Assembly (NCBI GenBank): GCA_003161515.1
Contig: PMOH01000316.1
Span: forward strand, 1,210 to 65,209
Length of the DNA: 64,000 nt
Direction of reading: 5' to 3'
From: Deltaproteobacteria bacterium
Lineage (GTDB): Bacteria > Desulfobacterota > Binatia > Binatales > Binataceae
Position numbers and translations under genes: made by a program
Shown: positions 18,052-27,083 of the stretch, in pieces
Numbering within the stretch: position 1 is the stretch's first letter
Layout of the letters: each line of letters opens with the position of its first letter
Notes under the pieces: generated by a model
What the model was told of the DNA's origin: nothing
The model's input: the letters and a program-made list of their open reading frames with translations, nothing else
Database searches by the model: none

Positions 18052-18705
18052 ATGAAAAGCATACCTAGTTGGCTATTGGCACTTTTAATCTTGCTGACAC
18101 CGGTGACGGCTATGCCGCAAAGCGGCTCCTTCACCGCGCGCGGCTACACATCCAGTGATCGGAGTGTAGGCGCCGTACGAAGCGGCAGAATCAGCACGCA
18201 CATCGGTACTCACGCCCATCTAGTTTGTCGCGACCGCAGCGGAAAGGTGGTTTGGACCCGCGACGCCGATAACATGCTGACCACGGTGGGCGCGAATCTA
18301 TATCTGACTGATACGATCGTGAGCGGCGTCTCGTCGCCAACTTGGTACGTCGGACTGCTTTATGGGACGAGCGTCGCGACGTTCGCGACTGCGGATACCA
18401 TGTCGTCGAACGGCTGGGCTACCGGCACCGGCGGTGGGGAAGTTACCGGCACGCAGGTCACCAACTCGACGCGGCCGGCGTTTACCCCAGGCAGCGTTTC
18501 GGCCGGAAGCGTCAGCAATACCGGATCGCCGGCGGTCTTCACCGGCAACGCCACGGTTACCCTTCAGGGCTTTATCTTCGTGAATAATTCGACGCTCGCA
18601 GGCACGACCGGAACTTTGATGGGCGAGGGGACTTTTACTGCCGCGCCGATCGCGGCGGGCTACACCATCACCGTAACGGTGACCGATAACGTAACCCCTG
18701 GTTGA
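18052..18705 (+). CDS. virion structural-type protein with N-terminal signal peptide
   Basis: MKSIPSWLLALLILLTPVTA; Thr/Gly-rich beta body (NMLTTVGAN...TRPAFT...SNTGSPAVFT). Confidence 0.65.
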   Translation: MKSIPSWLLALLILLTPVTAMPQSGSFTARGYTSSDRSVGAVRSGRISTHIGTHAHLVCRDRSGKVVWTRDADNMLTTVGANLYLTDTIVSGVSSPTWYVGLLYGTSVATFATADTMSSNGWATGTGGGEVTGTQVTNSTRPAFTPGSVSAGSVSNTGSPAVFTGNATVTLQGFIFVNNSTLAGTTGTLMGEGTFTAAPIAAGYTITVTVTDNVTPG

Positions 18706-18716
18706 GAGCTAGCCCG

Positions 18717-20696
18717 ATGCGGCGTTGGGGAATAATCGGCGTTCTGCTTGCGCTGCTCCTGTTTTGGATCGGCAATGCCAGCGCCGGCGTCAAGTTCTTC
18801 AGTGGCTTTGAGACGGGCGATTTTAGCGAATGGTCATCAACCACGGGTTCACCTGGCGTAGTTACATCACCCGTAACACTTGGTGGCTATTCGGAACAAA
18901 CTACTTGGGGCTCGGTAAACTATGCGGTAAGCGGTAGCGTTCTGAGTGGCACAACAGGGGTTTTGCGGTTTTCGTTTAATACCAATGCAGCCTCACCAAC
19001 TACTACCAATCAGATTGTTTTTACTCAGATTTTTAATACCTCCGCTCAGGTTCCTGCGGCAATCCGGCTGCAAACTGACTCGACTGGGAATCTCACTTTC
19101 GGGGTTAGAAGCCTTGCCGGCACTTTAGGAAACTTCACGCTCCAACCCAATACCTGGTACACGATAGAACTAAAGTGTCTGGTCGGAACTACGACGAGCA
19201 ACGGTACGGTCGAAGCACGGGTCAATGGGTCTGTAGTCTTTACAACTAGCTCCACCAATACCGGTACTGTCAATCTGGACCACATATGGCTAGGCCCGAT
19301 GACCAATCCGGGGGGATCGCTAACCGGCCACCTGTGGTTCGACGATGTTATGGTCCGCGACGATCAATATCCCGGCCGCGGTTATTGCATCGCGCGACAA
19401 GGCGTCACTGGTACTCCTACCTATACAGGTTGGACCGCGAATGGCTTGAGTACCGCAGCTTTGAATTGGTCGGAGACGCCCTACAACGCGACCGATAATG
19501 AAAGCACGACTACGGCGTCGACGCCGGAACAGAGCATGCTGATGGGCTCGTTCAACTCCGCGGGATCGGCCTCGGAAGGCAGCGGCGTCCTGACCAGCGC
19601 GGCTACGATCAACGCCGCCAAGACGGCGATGGTCGCTCAGTCCTCTTTCACCACCTCCAAGGCATTACAGATTCTCGATCGCCTCAGCGGCTCAGACACT
19701 CTCACCACCGTCACCGCGACCTCGAGCGACGCCTACTACGACGGCGGAATCTATACTCCTACCTATGCCAACCTGACTTCATCCAGCACCGAGATCGGCG
19801 TCAAGAACACCGGCACTGGAACCGGGACCGCGCGGGTTGAGGATATGTGGGAGATGGTCGATTTCGCATCGACGGTCCCGGTATCGAGCTCGTTCGGCAA
19901 TGGCGGTTCTGTCACGGCTTCGAGAGCGGCGACCGTATCGAAGTCGAGTCCCTTCGGCAACGGCGCGCCTATCACCGGATCGCGTGTCGCAAGCCTCGCG
20001 CGTTCTGCGCCATTTGGCAACGGGGGGATCATCAGTGGAGCGCGCGCGCCCAGCACGCGACCCTCGGGTTCGTTTGGAAATGGAGGCTTGGTCTCAGGCG
20101 CGCGGGCGGCGGCCGTCGCCAAGACCCCCAACTTCGGTAACGGCGGATCGGTCCTAGGATCGAGCGCCGAACAGCTAGCGAGGTCGGGCACCTTGGGCAA
20201 CGGGGGCATTGTCGCGGGTTCTAGATCGGCGTCACTCACGAGGTCCGCCGCATTTGGGAATGGCGGGACGATCTCTGGCCTCATCCATAAATTAGTTGTG
20301 CTATTCGGTTCTTTCGGAAATGGGGGCGGTATGGCAGCAACACGCACGGCCAAAGTTACAAAGTCGGGTTCGTTCGGTCATGGTGGCGTACTTCTGAGTT
20401 CGCGGGCCGTCTCGGTCGCACGGGGAGGCAACTTCGGGAATGGCGGCCTGATCTCAGGGTTGCGCAATCTGTTGGCGCGAATCGTTGCATTCTTCGGCGG
20501 GGGCGGTTCGGTGATTGGGAATGCTACCGCGACCAAGACCCCGACCCCGGTGGCGACCCCGACCCCGGTGGCGCCGATCGTTAATCTGACAATGCCGATC
20601 TATCCGACGGTTTACGAAGACCCCGCGATGTGGCCGACCGTGCCTTTGACAGCGCCGCTTTATCCGAGGATCTATCTTGAAGCGAGGATGCCCTGA
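18717..20696 (+). CDS. signal-peptide protein with ConA/LamG-like domain and 11 x 20-aa FGNGG repeats
   Basis: MRRWGIIGVLLALLLFWIGNASA|; GFETGD...NTWYTIEL...GTVEARVNG...WFDDV. Confidence 0.75.
   Translation: MRRWGIIGVLLALLLFWIGNASAGVKFFSGFETGDFSEWSSTTGSPGVVTSPVTLGGYSEQTTWGSVNYAVSGSVLSGTTGVLRFSFNTNAASPTTTNQIVFTQIFNTSAQVPAAIRLQTDSTGNLTFGVRSLAGTLGNFTLQPNTWYTIELKCLVGTTTSNGTVEARVNGSVVFTTSSTNTGTVNLDHIWLGPMTNPGGSLTGHLWFDDVMVRDDQYPGRGYCIARQGVTGTPTYTGWTANGLSTAALNWSETPYNATDNESTTTASTPEQSMLMGSFNSAGSASEGSGVLTSAATINAAKTAMVAQSSFTTSKALQILDRLSGSDTLTTVTATSSDAYYDGGIYTPTYANLTSSSTEIGVKNTGTGTGTARVEDMWEMVDFASTVPVSSSFGNGGSVTASRAATVSKSSPFGNGAPITGSRVASLARSAPFGNGGIISGARAPSTRPSGSFGNGGLVSGARAAAVAKTPNFGNGGSVLGSSAEQLARSGTLGNGGIVAGSRSASLTRSAAFGNGGTISGLIHKLVVLFGSFGNGGGMAATRTAKVTKSGSFGHGGVLLSSRAVSVARGGNFGNGGLISGLRNLLARIVAFFGGGGSVIGNATATKTPTPVATPTPVAPIVNLTMPIYPTVYEDPAMWPTVPLTAPLYPRIYLEARMP
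19883..20520 (+). repeat. 11 degenerate 60-bp tandem repeats (FGNGG units)
   Basis: A TTYGGNAAYGG-like core recurs every 60 bp. Confidence 0.85.
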
Positions 20697-21073
20697 TGAA
20701 AACTCTCAAAAGACTTGGCTTCTCAATTCCGCTCGCCCTGCTCCTCGCTTTTCCGACGTTCGCGGCCCAGCAGCAACAGGTCTATGTCGCCGGGGCGAAG
20801 GGCGTCGTCCTCAACATCACCCCGAACACCGCGACCCAGCCGCCGGTAAATTTAACTGGGGCGACGGTCACCCTCGTAATCATCTCGCCAATCAGTGTGC
20901 GCCATGTGGTCACAGCGACGGTCGCCAACGGTGGGACGAGTGCAACCTACACTACTCTCGCAACGGATTTCCCTACCGCCGGCGCCTACCAACTGCAACT
21001 CGTTGCGCAGTGGGGATCGGGGGTGCTCATATCGAGTGCGGCCTTCAATCTCACGGTGAGCCCCGCTCTCTGA
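20696..21073 (+). CDS. signal-peptide protein with BppU-N/Ig-like domain
   Basis: LALLLAFPTFA|; PVNLTGATVTL...ATYT...DFPTAGAYQLQ. Confidence 0.65.
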   Translation: MKTLKRLGFSIPLALLLAFPTFAAQQQQVYVAGAKGVVLNITPNTATQPPVNLTGATVTLVIISPISVRHVVTATVANGGTSATYTTLATDFPTAGAYQLQLVAQWGSGVLISSAAFNLTVSPAL

Positions 21074-21337
21074 GGTTTGACAAGCGTTCGGTAAAGGCAT
21101 AGTTGCACCAAGCAGAGAGCCTGAGATAGCGGCGGAGCGGCTGGCGGCAGATCCAAAGGCGACTCCCAAACTATTTCGCCGGATGAAGAGCTGGCAGATC
21201 CAAGCGCAGACCGGCAAGAACCTGGGGCGGGTAGGGAACGGCGCGAAGCGGTCCCCCCGGAAAAAGCGGAAGATCCGATGACCGTGGAAAGTTGGTAAGA
21301 ACGTCACAACTTTTTACGGAGACGGAGTTCTCGCAAA

Positions 21338-22708
21338 ATGTCGAGCCCAGGCACTTTCGTAAATTTCCCGCCGCAACTCCTTGGGATGTTGCAGCAAAAT
21401 TTCCTCGATCGCGAACTCGAGGAAGGTCTCGATTCCTATCTGGCCTACCGGCGCGAAGCGGTCCAGGAGACTATCCCAGCGCGGATCGGCGCGACCCTCA
21501 CTATGACCAGAAAGGGGCGTAAGACCCCGATCACGCAACCGCTCGATCCGACCCAGGTCGGCACCAACCTCGACAATGGGATGACGCCCTCGACGTTCTC
21601 CATCGAGCAGTACAGCTTCTCGATGAAGGAATGGGCGGATACCGTCGATACCGATTTGATGGGCGAATTGGCGGGCATAGCCAATCAGCTTATCGCCAAC
21701 TCGCGGAACAACGGCGTCCAAGCCGCGCAGTCGATGGAGCGCATCGCGCGTAATGATTTGTTCGCCGCATACATGAGCGGCAACTCGCGCGTCCTCGCCG
21801 TCAACTCGCAGACGTCGATCCAGGTCGACGATATCCGCGGCTTCGGCACGGTCCTCGTAAACGGCACACCGCAGGGTGTGAGCTCGGCGACTCCGTTGGC
21901 GATCACCGAATACAACGATTCCGGAACTTTGGCGACGGCCACGCAGGCGCTCAACGTCACGGGCGTCGCCCCGGACGCGACGAACGTGAGCTCCACCAGC
22001 ATCACCGGTGGGCTGTCGGGAGTGCTGACCTTGGCGGCCGGCGCGGCCAATACGATCCAGGTGGGCGACTCGGTCATCTCGAACAATGCCCCCAAGGTGT
22101 TCCGGCCGTTCGGCAAACGCCTGACGAGTTTGCTAAATGGCGCCGACGTTCTCACCATGTCGATCGTCGATGATGTCCGGGCCTATCTGCTGGATAACGG
22201 CGTTCCGCCGATGCCCGATGGCACCTATCACATGATTTTGGATAACACCTCGATGCGTCAGTTGAGGGCCGATCAGGACTTCAAAGTCCTGTTCGCAGGG
22301 CGCGAGGAGACTCCGGAGTTTCGCGGCGGCGATATCGTGCGCCTGCTTGGCATAACTTTCATCCCCACCACGGAAACCTTTGTCCAAAATCCCGGCTCCG
22401 GCGTTGGGGTGCGAGTACGCCGGCCGATCATCATGGGGGCCGAGAGCTTGATGCAGGGTAACTTCGAAGGGCTGGACATCTGGCTCAATCGAGAGGGCGT
22501 CAATCCGATCGGCGAGATCATGCTGATCGATAACGTCGCTCAGATTGTGAGGCCACCGCTCGATCGCCTGCAGCGCAACATCGCGCAGACCTGGACTTGG
22601 ATCGGAGACTTCGCGGTCCCGACCGACGTCACCGCCACCACAGACACTATCCCCACCGCTAGTAACTCCTTGTTCAAACGCGCAGCGGTGATTGAGATAG
22701 CTGGCTGA
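21338..22708 (+). CDS. major capsid protein
   Basis: 456 aa, downstream of the scaffold gene and upstream of neck genes; C-terminal FKRAAVIE. Confidence 0.85.
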   Translation: MSSPGTFVNFPPQLLGMLQQNFLDRELEEGLDSYLAYRREAVQETIPARIGATLTMTRKGRKTPITQPLDPTQVGTNLDNGMTPSTFSIEQYSFSMKEWADTVDTDLMGELAGIANQLIANSRNNGVQAAQSMERIARNDLFAAYMSGNSRVLAVNSQTSIQVDDIRGFGTVLVNGTPQGVSSATPLAITEYNDSGTLATATQALNVTGVAPDATNVSSTSITGGLSGVLTLAAGAANTIQVGDSVISNNAPKVFRPFGKRLTSLLNGADVLTMSIVDDVRAYLLDNGVPPMPDGTYHMILDNTSMRQLRADQDFKVLFAGREETPEFRGGDIVRLLGITFIPTTETFVQNPGSGVGVRVRRPIIMGAESLMQGNFEGLDIWLNREGVNPIGEIMLIDNVAQIVRPPLDRLQRNIAQTWTWIGDFAVPTDVTATTDTIPTASNSLFKRAAVIEIAG

Positions 22709-22737
22709 TCGTTATATCGTAATCCGATGACTAAGAG

Positions 22738-22869
22738 TTGCCCGAGAAAGGGAATATCATTCCGGCCTGTTTGCCGTGTAATGCGTCGAAGCAGGAACGG
22801 CCGTTCGAGGAATTCTGTCGAGAGCGAGGAGTCGATCCCGACCAGATTCTCAACGGCCTGCCCAACTAA
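22738..22869 (+). pseudogene. HNH endonuclease C-terminal remnant
   Basis: GNIIPACLPCNASK with no upstream catalytic DH motif; in-frame TAA at 22732. Confidence 0.6.
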
Positions 22870-22892
22870 AGCAGGGAGAGAGGAGAACTCAG

Positions 22893-23138
22893 ATGGCCGA
22901 AGTAACGCGAGTAGATAAAGAGTTTCCACGGGTTCCCGCCGACGCGGCACCCACCAAGAGAGGATTGCGCAGCGGCGGGCCCTCGATGAATGTTCCGGGC
23001 GACGGCGGCGTGCGCAAGGCCAAAGGTACGCTACCGGGAAATCGCGCAGGTCGTTCGGCGGTGGACTATGCCGATGCGATGTCATCGGTGGGCGGGCCCG
23101 CTGACTCGGGCGACGGAAAGCGCGTCGATAACAAGTGA
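22893..23138 (+). CDS. hypothetical protein
   Basis: Strong SD GGAGAGAGGAG. Confidence 0.7.
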   Translation: MAEVTRVDKEFPRVPADAAPTKRGLRSGGPSMNVPGDGGVRKAKGTLPGNRAGRSAVDYADAMSSVGGPADSGDGKRVDNK

Positions 23139-23153
23139 CCGGCGGTTAGCCCA

Positions 23154-23486
23154 ATGCCCACGGTGAGAAAAATCGTTACGGCGAAGCGACCAAGCAAGCA
23201 GGTCAAACATCCGGTGCAACCCGGCACCTATTGGCCCGGCCAAGAGATTCGGGAGCAAAAGCAGACCGATACGGTCAAGGCGCTTTATTCCCGAACCGGC
23301 GCTACCGTCGAGCGCGAAACGATTCCCGGAATCGGTGTCGTGCGCGAGGTAGACGCCGACGATCGCTATGTTCCGGGATGGGACAGGCTGCCCGGCGCCT
23401 CGGCCGCCGCAGAACGGGTTGCGGAGCGCCGCGAGGACGGCCAGAGAAAGACACCGATCGGCGGGCCAGGCTTGATCAGGAGATAA
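23154..23486 (+). CDS. hypothetical protein
   Basis: Operon spacing. Confidence 0.6.
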   Translation: MPTVRKIVTAKRPSKQVKHPVQPGTYWPGQEIREQKQTDTVKALYSRTGATVERETIPGIGVVREVDADDRYVPGWDRLPGASAAAERVAERREDGQRKTPIGGPGLIRR

Positions 23487-23492
23487 ATTTAG

Positions 23493-23813
23493 ATGCCGAC
23501 AGCACCGACGCCCCTGCAGGGCAATCCCAATGTGTTCGATGGGCGTCAACCGACGCTGATCCCGAACTTCGATCCTGTCTTCTACGAAAACGGCGCTTTG
23601 CAGTCCGAGAGCCCGCGCCAGATGAAAACCCTGCATCCGACGTCCGGTGCGACGACGTGCATGGTGCCGACCAACAATTTTACCTACGTCAGCCACCCCG
23701 GCGGCGCCGCTGCGGCGGGCATCATTGTCTCGTATTATTACGGCAGAACCTACGAGATCTCGACCTCGCTCTATAACGAGATGGTGACTGCGGGAATGCC
23801 GGTATCGGCATAG
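23493..23813 (+). CDS. hypothetical protein
   Basis: Operon spacing. Confidence 0.6.
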   Translation: MPTAPTPLQGNPNVFDGRQPTLIPNFDPVFYENGALQSESPRQMKTLHPTSGATTCMVPTNNFTYVSHPGGAAAAGIIVSYYYGRTYEISTSLYNEMVTAGMPVSA

Positions 23814-23853
23814 TAGAAGAGAAGATCGCGTTCGACAGGGAGAGAGAAACCAG

Positions 23854-24282
23854 ATGGCGGAATTACCTGAACTAGCGGATGCGTCGCCGCCTTACCGGGC
23901 GGTGAAGCCGGGAGTTGCAAAGGCAGGGGCGGGAGCGATGGCCAACCCGGCCGAGGAAAAACTCTCCCTGCGGCGGGGTGAAACGGAGTCCGCCCCTGCC
24001 GGCGCACACTCTGAAGAAAAGCCGGAACAGCTCCCCGTTCATAAGGCGCTGTCGAGCTTCAACGTGATGATAGGCCCGCAGATGCGAAGTTTCGAGATGG
24101 GCGAGACCATCGTTGAGCAGGGCACCATCAGGACGCTCCTCGACCTCGGCTGCCCCATCGGACAGGCTCGCGACATGCTCCGGCATCGTTGCGGATCGTG
24201 TGGATCTATGGCTGCGATAAGCCCGACCAAGAGCGAATTGCGATCCGTCGCGGAAGCGATGGGTCTGGAGCTAATCGGATAG
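23854..24282 (+). CDS. hypothetical protein (CxxC)
   Basis: GGGAGAG SD. Confidence 0.65.
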   Translation: MAELPELADASPPYRAVKPGVAKAGAGAMANPAEEKLSLRRGETESAPAGAHSEEKPEQLPVHKALSSFNVMIGPQMRSFEMGETIVEQGTIRTLLDLGCPIGQARDMLRHRCGSCGSMAAISPTKSELRSVAEAMGLELIG

Positions 24283-25098
24283 GTGCTGACCGGACAACAA
24301 AAGGTCACGATACGCCGGCAGCTTCGGTATCCGGCGATCGGCGTCTCGCGTACTTCGGTTGGCGGCCAATCGTTAGCCAGTGGTGGGCAGGGCTTCCGCT
24401 ACTTTCAGGCGTACGGCCGGCTCGAGTACATCCTGAACAATCTTCAGCCGTATGAAGAAGCGCAGATCATCGGATCTGCCGTAGGGTCGATCTCGATTCT
24501 CGGTCTGACAGCGGTCGGCGATACTGTCTCGGTCACTCTGTCGGGCGCAGGACTGGTGAGCCCAGTCACACTGACCGTAACCGCTGTCCTCGGCGATAAT
24601 CCGGTCAGCCTCTCGAATAAGTTGGCGGCCTTGGCTCTTCAGAATCCCGCGCTCATCAGTGCAGGCTTCATGGCGGTGACTCCATACGGAACGGGACCTT
24701 TCGCGCAGAACGCTGTCCCTCTGCCGGAAGTGGCGTTCTTCAATCCCAAGCCTTTCACCATCGCGGCGGCAGCCACGGGACAAACCGGGTCGGCTGTCAC
24801 CACAGATGGCAGCCCGGTTACGGATCCGATAGCGATAGTTGACGATTCGACGAGCCCCGTGACGACGCTAACCGGCTTCATTCCAATTCTGATCTACCTC
24901 GAGGGCGCGATCGCGGGCACGACGCAGAATCTCGATACTTCGAAAGCGGACGTGTGGACCGCGCGCACCGATGAGCCCGAGATGCGGATCAAGCTCTATA
25001 ATTACTGGCGTCGAGCGTTGGCGCGGCATCTCGAGGTTCCGCTCTGGGAAGACTTTAACGATTACGGCGGCGGCGTGCCGACGATGGCTACAATCTGA
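24283..25098 (+). CDS. head-tail adaptor/neck protein (putative)
   Basis: Position after capsid; FRYFQAYGRLEY...NLDTSKADVW...WRRALA. Confidence 0.6.
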   Translation: MLTGQQKVTIRRQLRYPAIGVSRTSVGGQSLASGGQGFRYFQAYGRLEYILNNLQPYEEAQIIGSAVGSISILGLTAVGDTVSVTLSGAGLVSPVTLTVTAVLGDNPVSLSNKLAALALQNPALISAGFMAVTPYGTGPFAQNAVPLPEVAFFNPKPFTIAAAATGQTGSAVTTDGSPVTDPIAIVDDSTSPVTTLTGFIPILIYLEGAIAGTTQNLDTSKADVWTARTDEPEMRIKLYNYWRRALARHLEVPLWEDFNDYGGGVPTMATI

Positions 25099-25919
25099 TG
25101 TCCCACTTCAACCACATCGAAAGGCAAATTGATCGTGGTAGAGGCAAGGCCGCGAAGCATCTCGGTCCGCCCTTCGACGTTTATCGCATCCAAGCCAATG
25201 CGGCGCTGAACTATCTCGACGCGGCGAACAAAATCAGAAGCAACTTTCCGGTCTTCCGCCGAGTGCTGAAGGGCCTCGAACACAAGGAAGGCCCGGATAT
25301 GGGATCGCTGTTTTTCGAAATGATCGCCGACATGAGCAACTTCGTGACCGGCGATGTTTTCGTTGAACGCGACCCGTTCTATGGAACCAGCGGGTATCCT
25401 ACCGCGGGTGACATCACTCCTTTCCCGACTCCGCAGTTCAACGGGATCTGCCTGGCGTTTCATGCGCCTATTCGAAAGAACATCGGCGCGCGCGTGAACC
25501 GACTCGGCATCGTATTCCGTCCGACGGGTGCTCCGGACGCGAATGGCTACTGGTCGCCGGATATCAACTCCGCGCAGCCTCTCCTGCTGTCGAATGGCAG
25601 TTGGGCTCTCGCGGCGCCGGGCGCGGCCAACGCGCTGATACCGATGGGCGTCTCAGCCAACGAGCGCTTCCATGGGGAACTCATCCATGGATTGCCGTCG
25701 TCGACGCCGCTCACCCGCTGGTTCATATTCGTACCGGCGCTGAAGGGGTTTCAGTTTCTTGAGGGGGACATCATCGCAAGTCTCGACGCGGACGCGCCGG
25801 TAGAGGACTATGCTGACATTCTCCAAAACGGCTCCCGGTACATCGTGATTCATCCGTTCGGTCAGGAGTCCGGGTTGGTCGGTAACCAGTTGGTATGTGA
25901 GCGCATAGGGCAGAACTGA
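25098..25919 (+). CDS. head closure/neck protein (putative)
   Basis: Position; IDRGRGKAAKHLG N-terminus. Confidence 0.55.
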   Translation: MSHFNHIERQIDRGRGKAAKHLGPPFDVYRIQANAALNYLDAANKIRSNFPVFRRVLKGLEHKEGPDMGSLFFEMIADMSNFVTGDVFVERDPFYGTSGYPTAGDITPFPTPQFNGICLAFHAPIRKNIGARVNRLGIVFRPTGAPDANGYWSPDINSAQPLLLSNGSWALAAPGAANALIPMGVSANERFHGELIHGLPSSTPLTRWFIFVPALKGFQFLEGDIIASLDADAPVEDYADILQNGSRYIVIHPFGQESGLVGNQLVCERIGQN

Positions 25920-26209
25920 TGGCGAAGCTTAGAAAAGACGAAGTAGGCCAAGGGCGGGCGTTCTACGTTTTTTATTGCCCCGGCTGTGGGAACTGCCACT
26001 CGTTCGAAGTGCCGCGTTGGACCTTCAGCGGTTCGATGGACAAGCCGACCTTCACGCCGTCCCTGCTCTGCAATCAGAGCGATCCGGCAAGCCGATGTCA
26101 TCTTTTTGTGACAGACGGGAAAATTAAATATCAGCCTGATTGTCACCACAAGTTCGCTGGTCAAACAGTCGATATGGTCGAGTTGGAAGATTTGGCAGAT
26201 GGACGTTGA
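25919..26209 (+). CDS. DUF6527-like zinc-binding protein
   Basis: CPGCGNCH..WTFSGSMDKPTFTPSLL..CHLFVTDGKI..DC.H..AGQTV. Confidence 0.75.
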   Translation: MAKLRKDEVGQGRAFYVFYCPGCGNCHSFEVPRWTFSGSMDKPTFTPSLLCNQSDPASRCHLFVTDGKIKYQPDCHHKFAGQTVDMVELEDLADGR

Positions 26210-27077
26210 TGAGGTCATGACGCTGCTAACCACCGAATTGCAAAGAGCGATCGGTGCTCTGTCGCCTGCATTCACGGCGCCTATCGTGTTTGGCGAGGGC
26301 TATCCCACGGAGTCGTTCCTGCTACAGCAGGTCGCTTCCAAGGGTAGTGTCTCCATCACGATCTTTGATCGCAGGCCAGCGGCGAACGTGACGCGCTGGA
26401 TGCCGTTCGTCGCAGTCGAGAAGCCGCATTCCACGGGGGTCACGGTCGAACTCAGCGGCAGCCCGCTTGCCGTCGATGGCGAGCAAACCATCACGCTCAG
26501 CGGCGTCGTCAATCAGAACGATGCCGTCGCGTTGACCGCGTTCCTTCGCGGCGGCCCGTCTGTCAATGGCGGTGTGAGCGCGATCGCGGGACCGCAGGAT
26601 ACGCCGGCGACCCTTGCCGCGAAGCTCGCGGCGGCCATCAATGCAGACTCGTTCCTGCCGGAGTGGATGACGGCCAACGCCACCGGCGCGGTTGTCACGC
26701 TTGAAGGGACCGGCGCGCAGCCGATTCAGCTTGCGGTCGCGGTCGGAAACATCCGGTTCCAAAAAGTCGAGAACGCGCGGTTTCTGCGCGAGCTGCAGAT
26801 CATCGTCTACACGAACAGCAGTGCCGCTCGCATGATCCTCGGGAAAGCCATCATGGGCGACCTCGCCCAGCTCTATGCGAACTTCGGTTTGCAGGACGAT
26901 GACGGCGAGTGGGTGCGTGTCATTCCGTTCGGAGACGTGCTCAACGATCAGGACGCAGGACGCGCTCTCTATCGCCGCGACATCCTGCTCAACGCCGAAT
27001 ACGGAATCACCGCCGAGCAAATTGCGTACGACATTCTATCGCCGCGGCCAAATCTCACCGTGGAACAAGGAGCGTAA
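26199..27077 (+). CDS. tail completion/terminator protein (putative)
   Basis: Directly precedes the sheath gene; LYRRDILLNAEY. Confidence 0.6.
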   Translation: MDVDEVMTLLTTELQRAIGALSPAFTAPIVFGEGYPTESFLLQQVASKGSVSITIFDRRPAANVTRWMPFVAVEKPHSTGVTVELSGSPLAVDGEQTITLSGVVNQNDAVALTAFLRGGPSVNGGVSAIAGPQDTPATLAAKLAAAINADSFLPEWMTANATGAVVTLEGTGAQPIQLAVAVGNIRFQKVENARFLRELQIIVYTNSSAARMILGKAIMGDLAQLYANFGLQDDDGEWVRVIPFGDVLNDQDAGRALYRRDILLNAEYGITAEQIAYDILSPRPNLTVEQGA

Positions 27078-27083
27078 GGCGCG

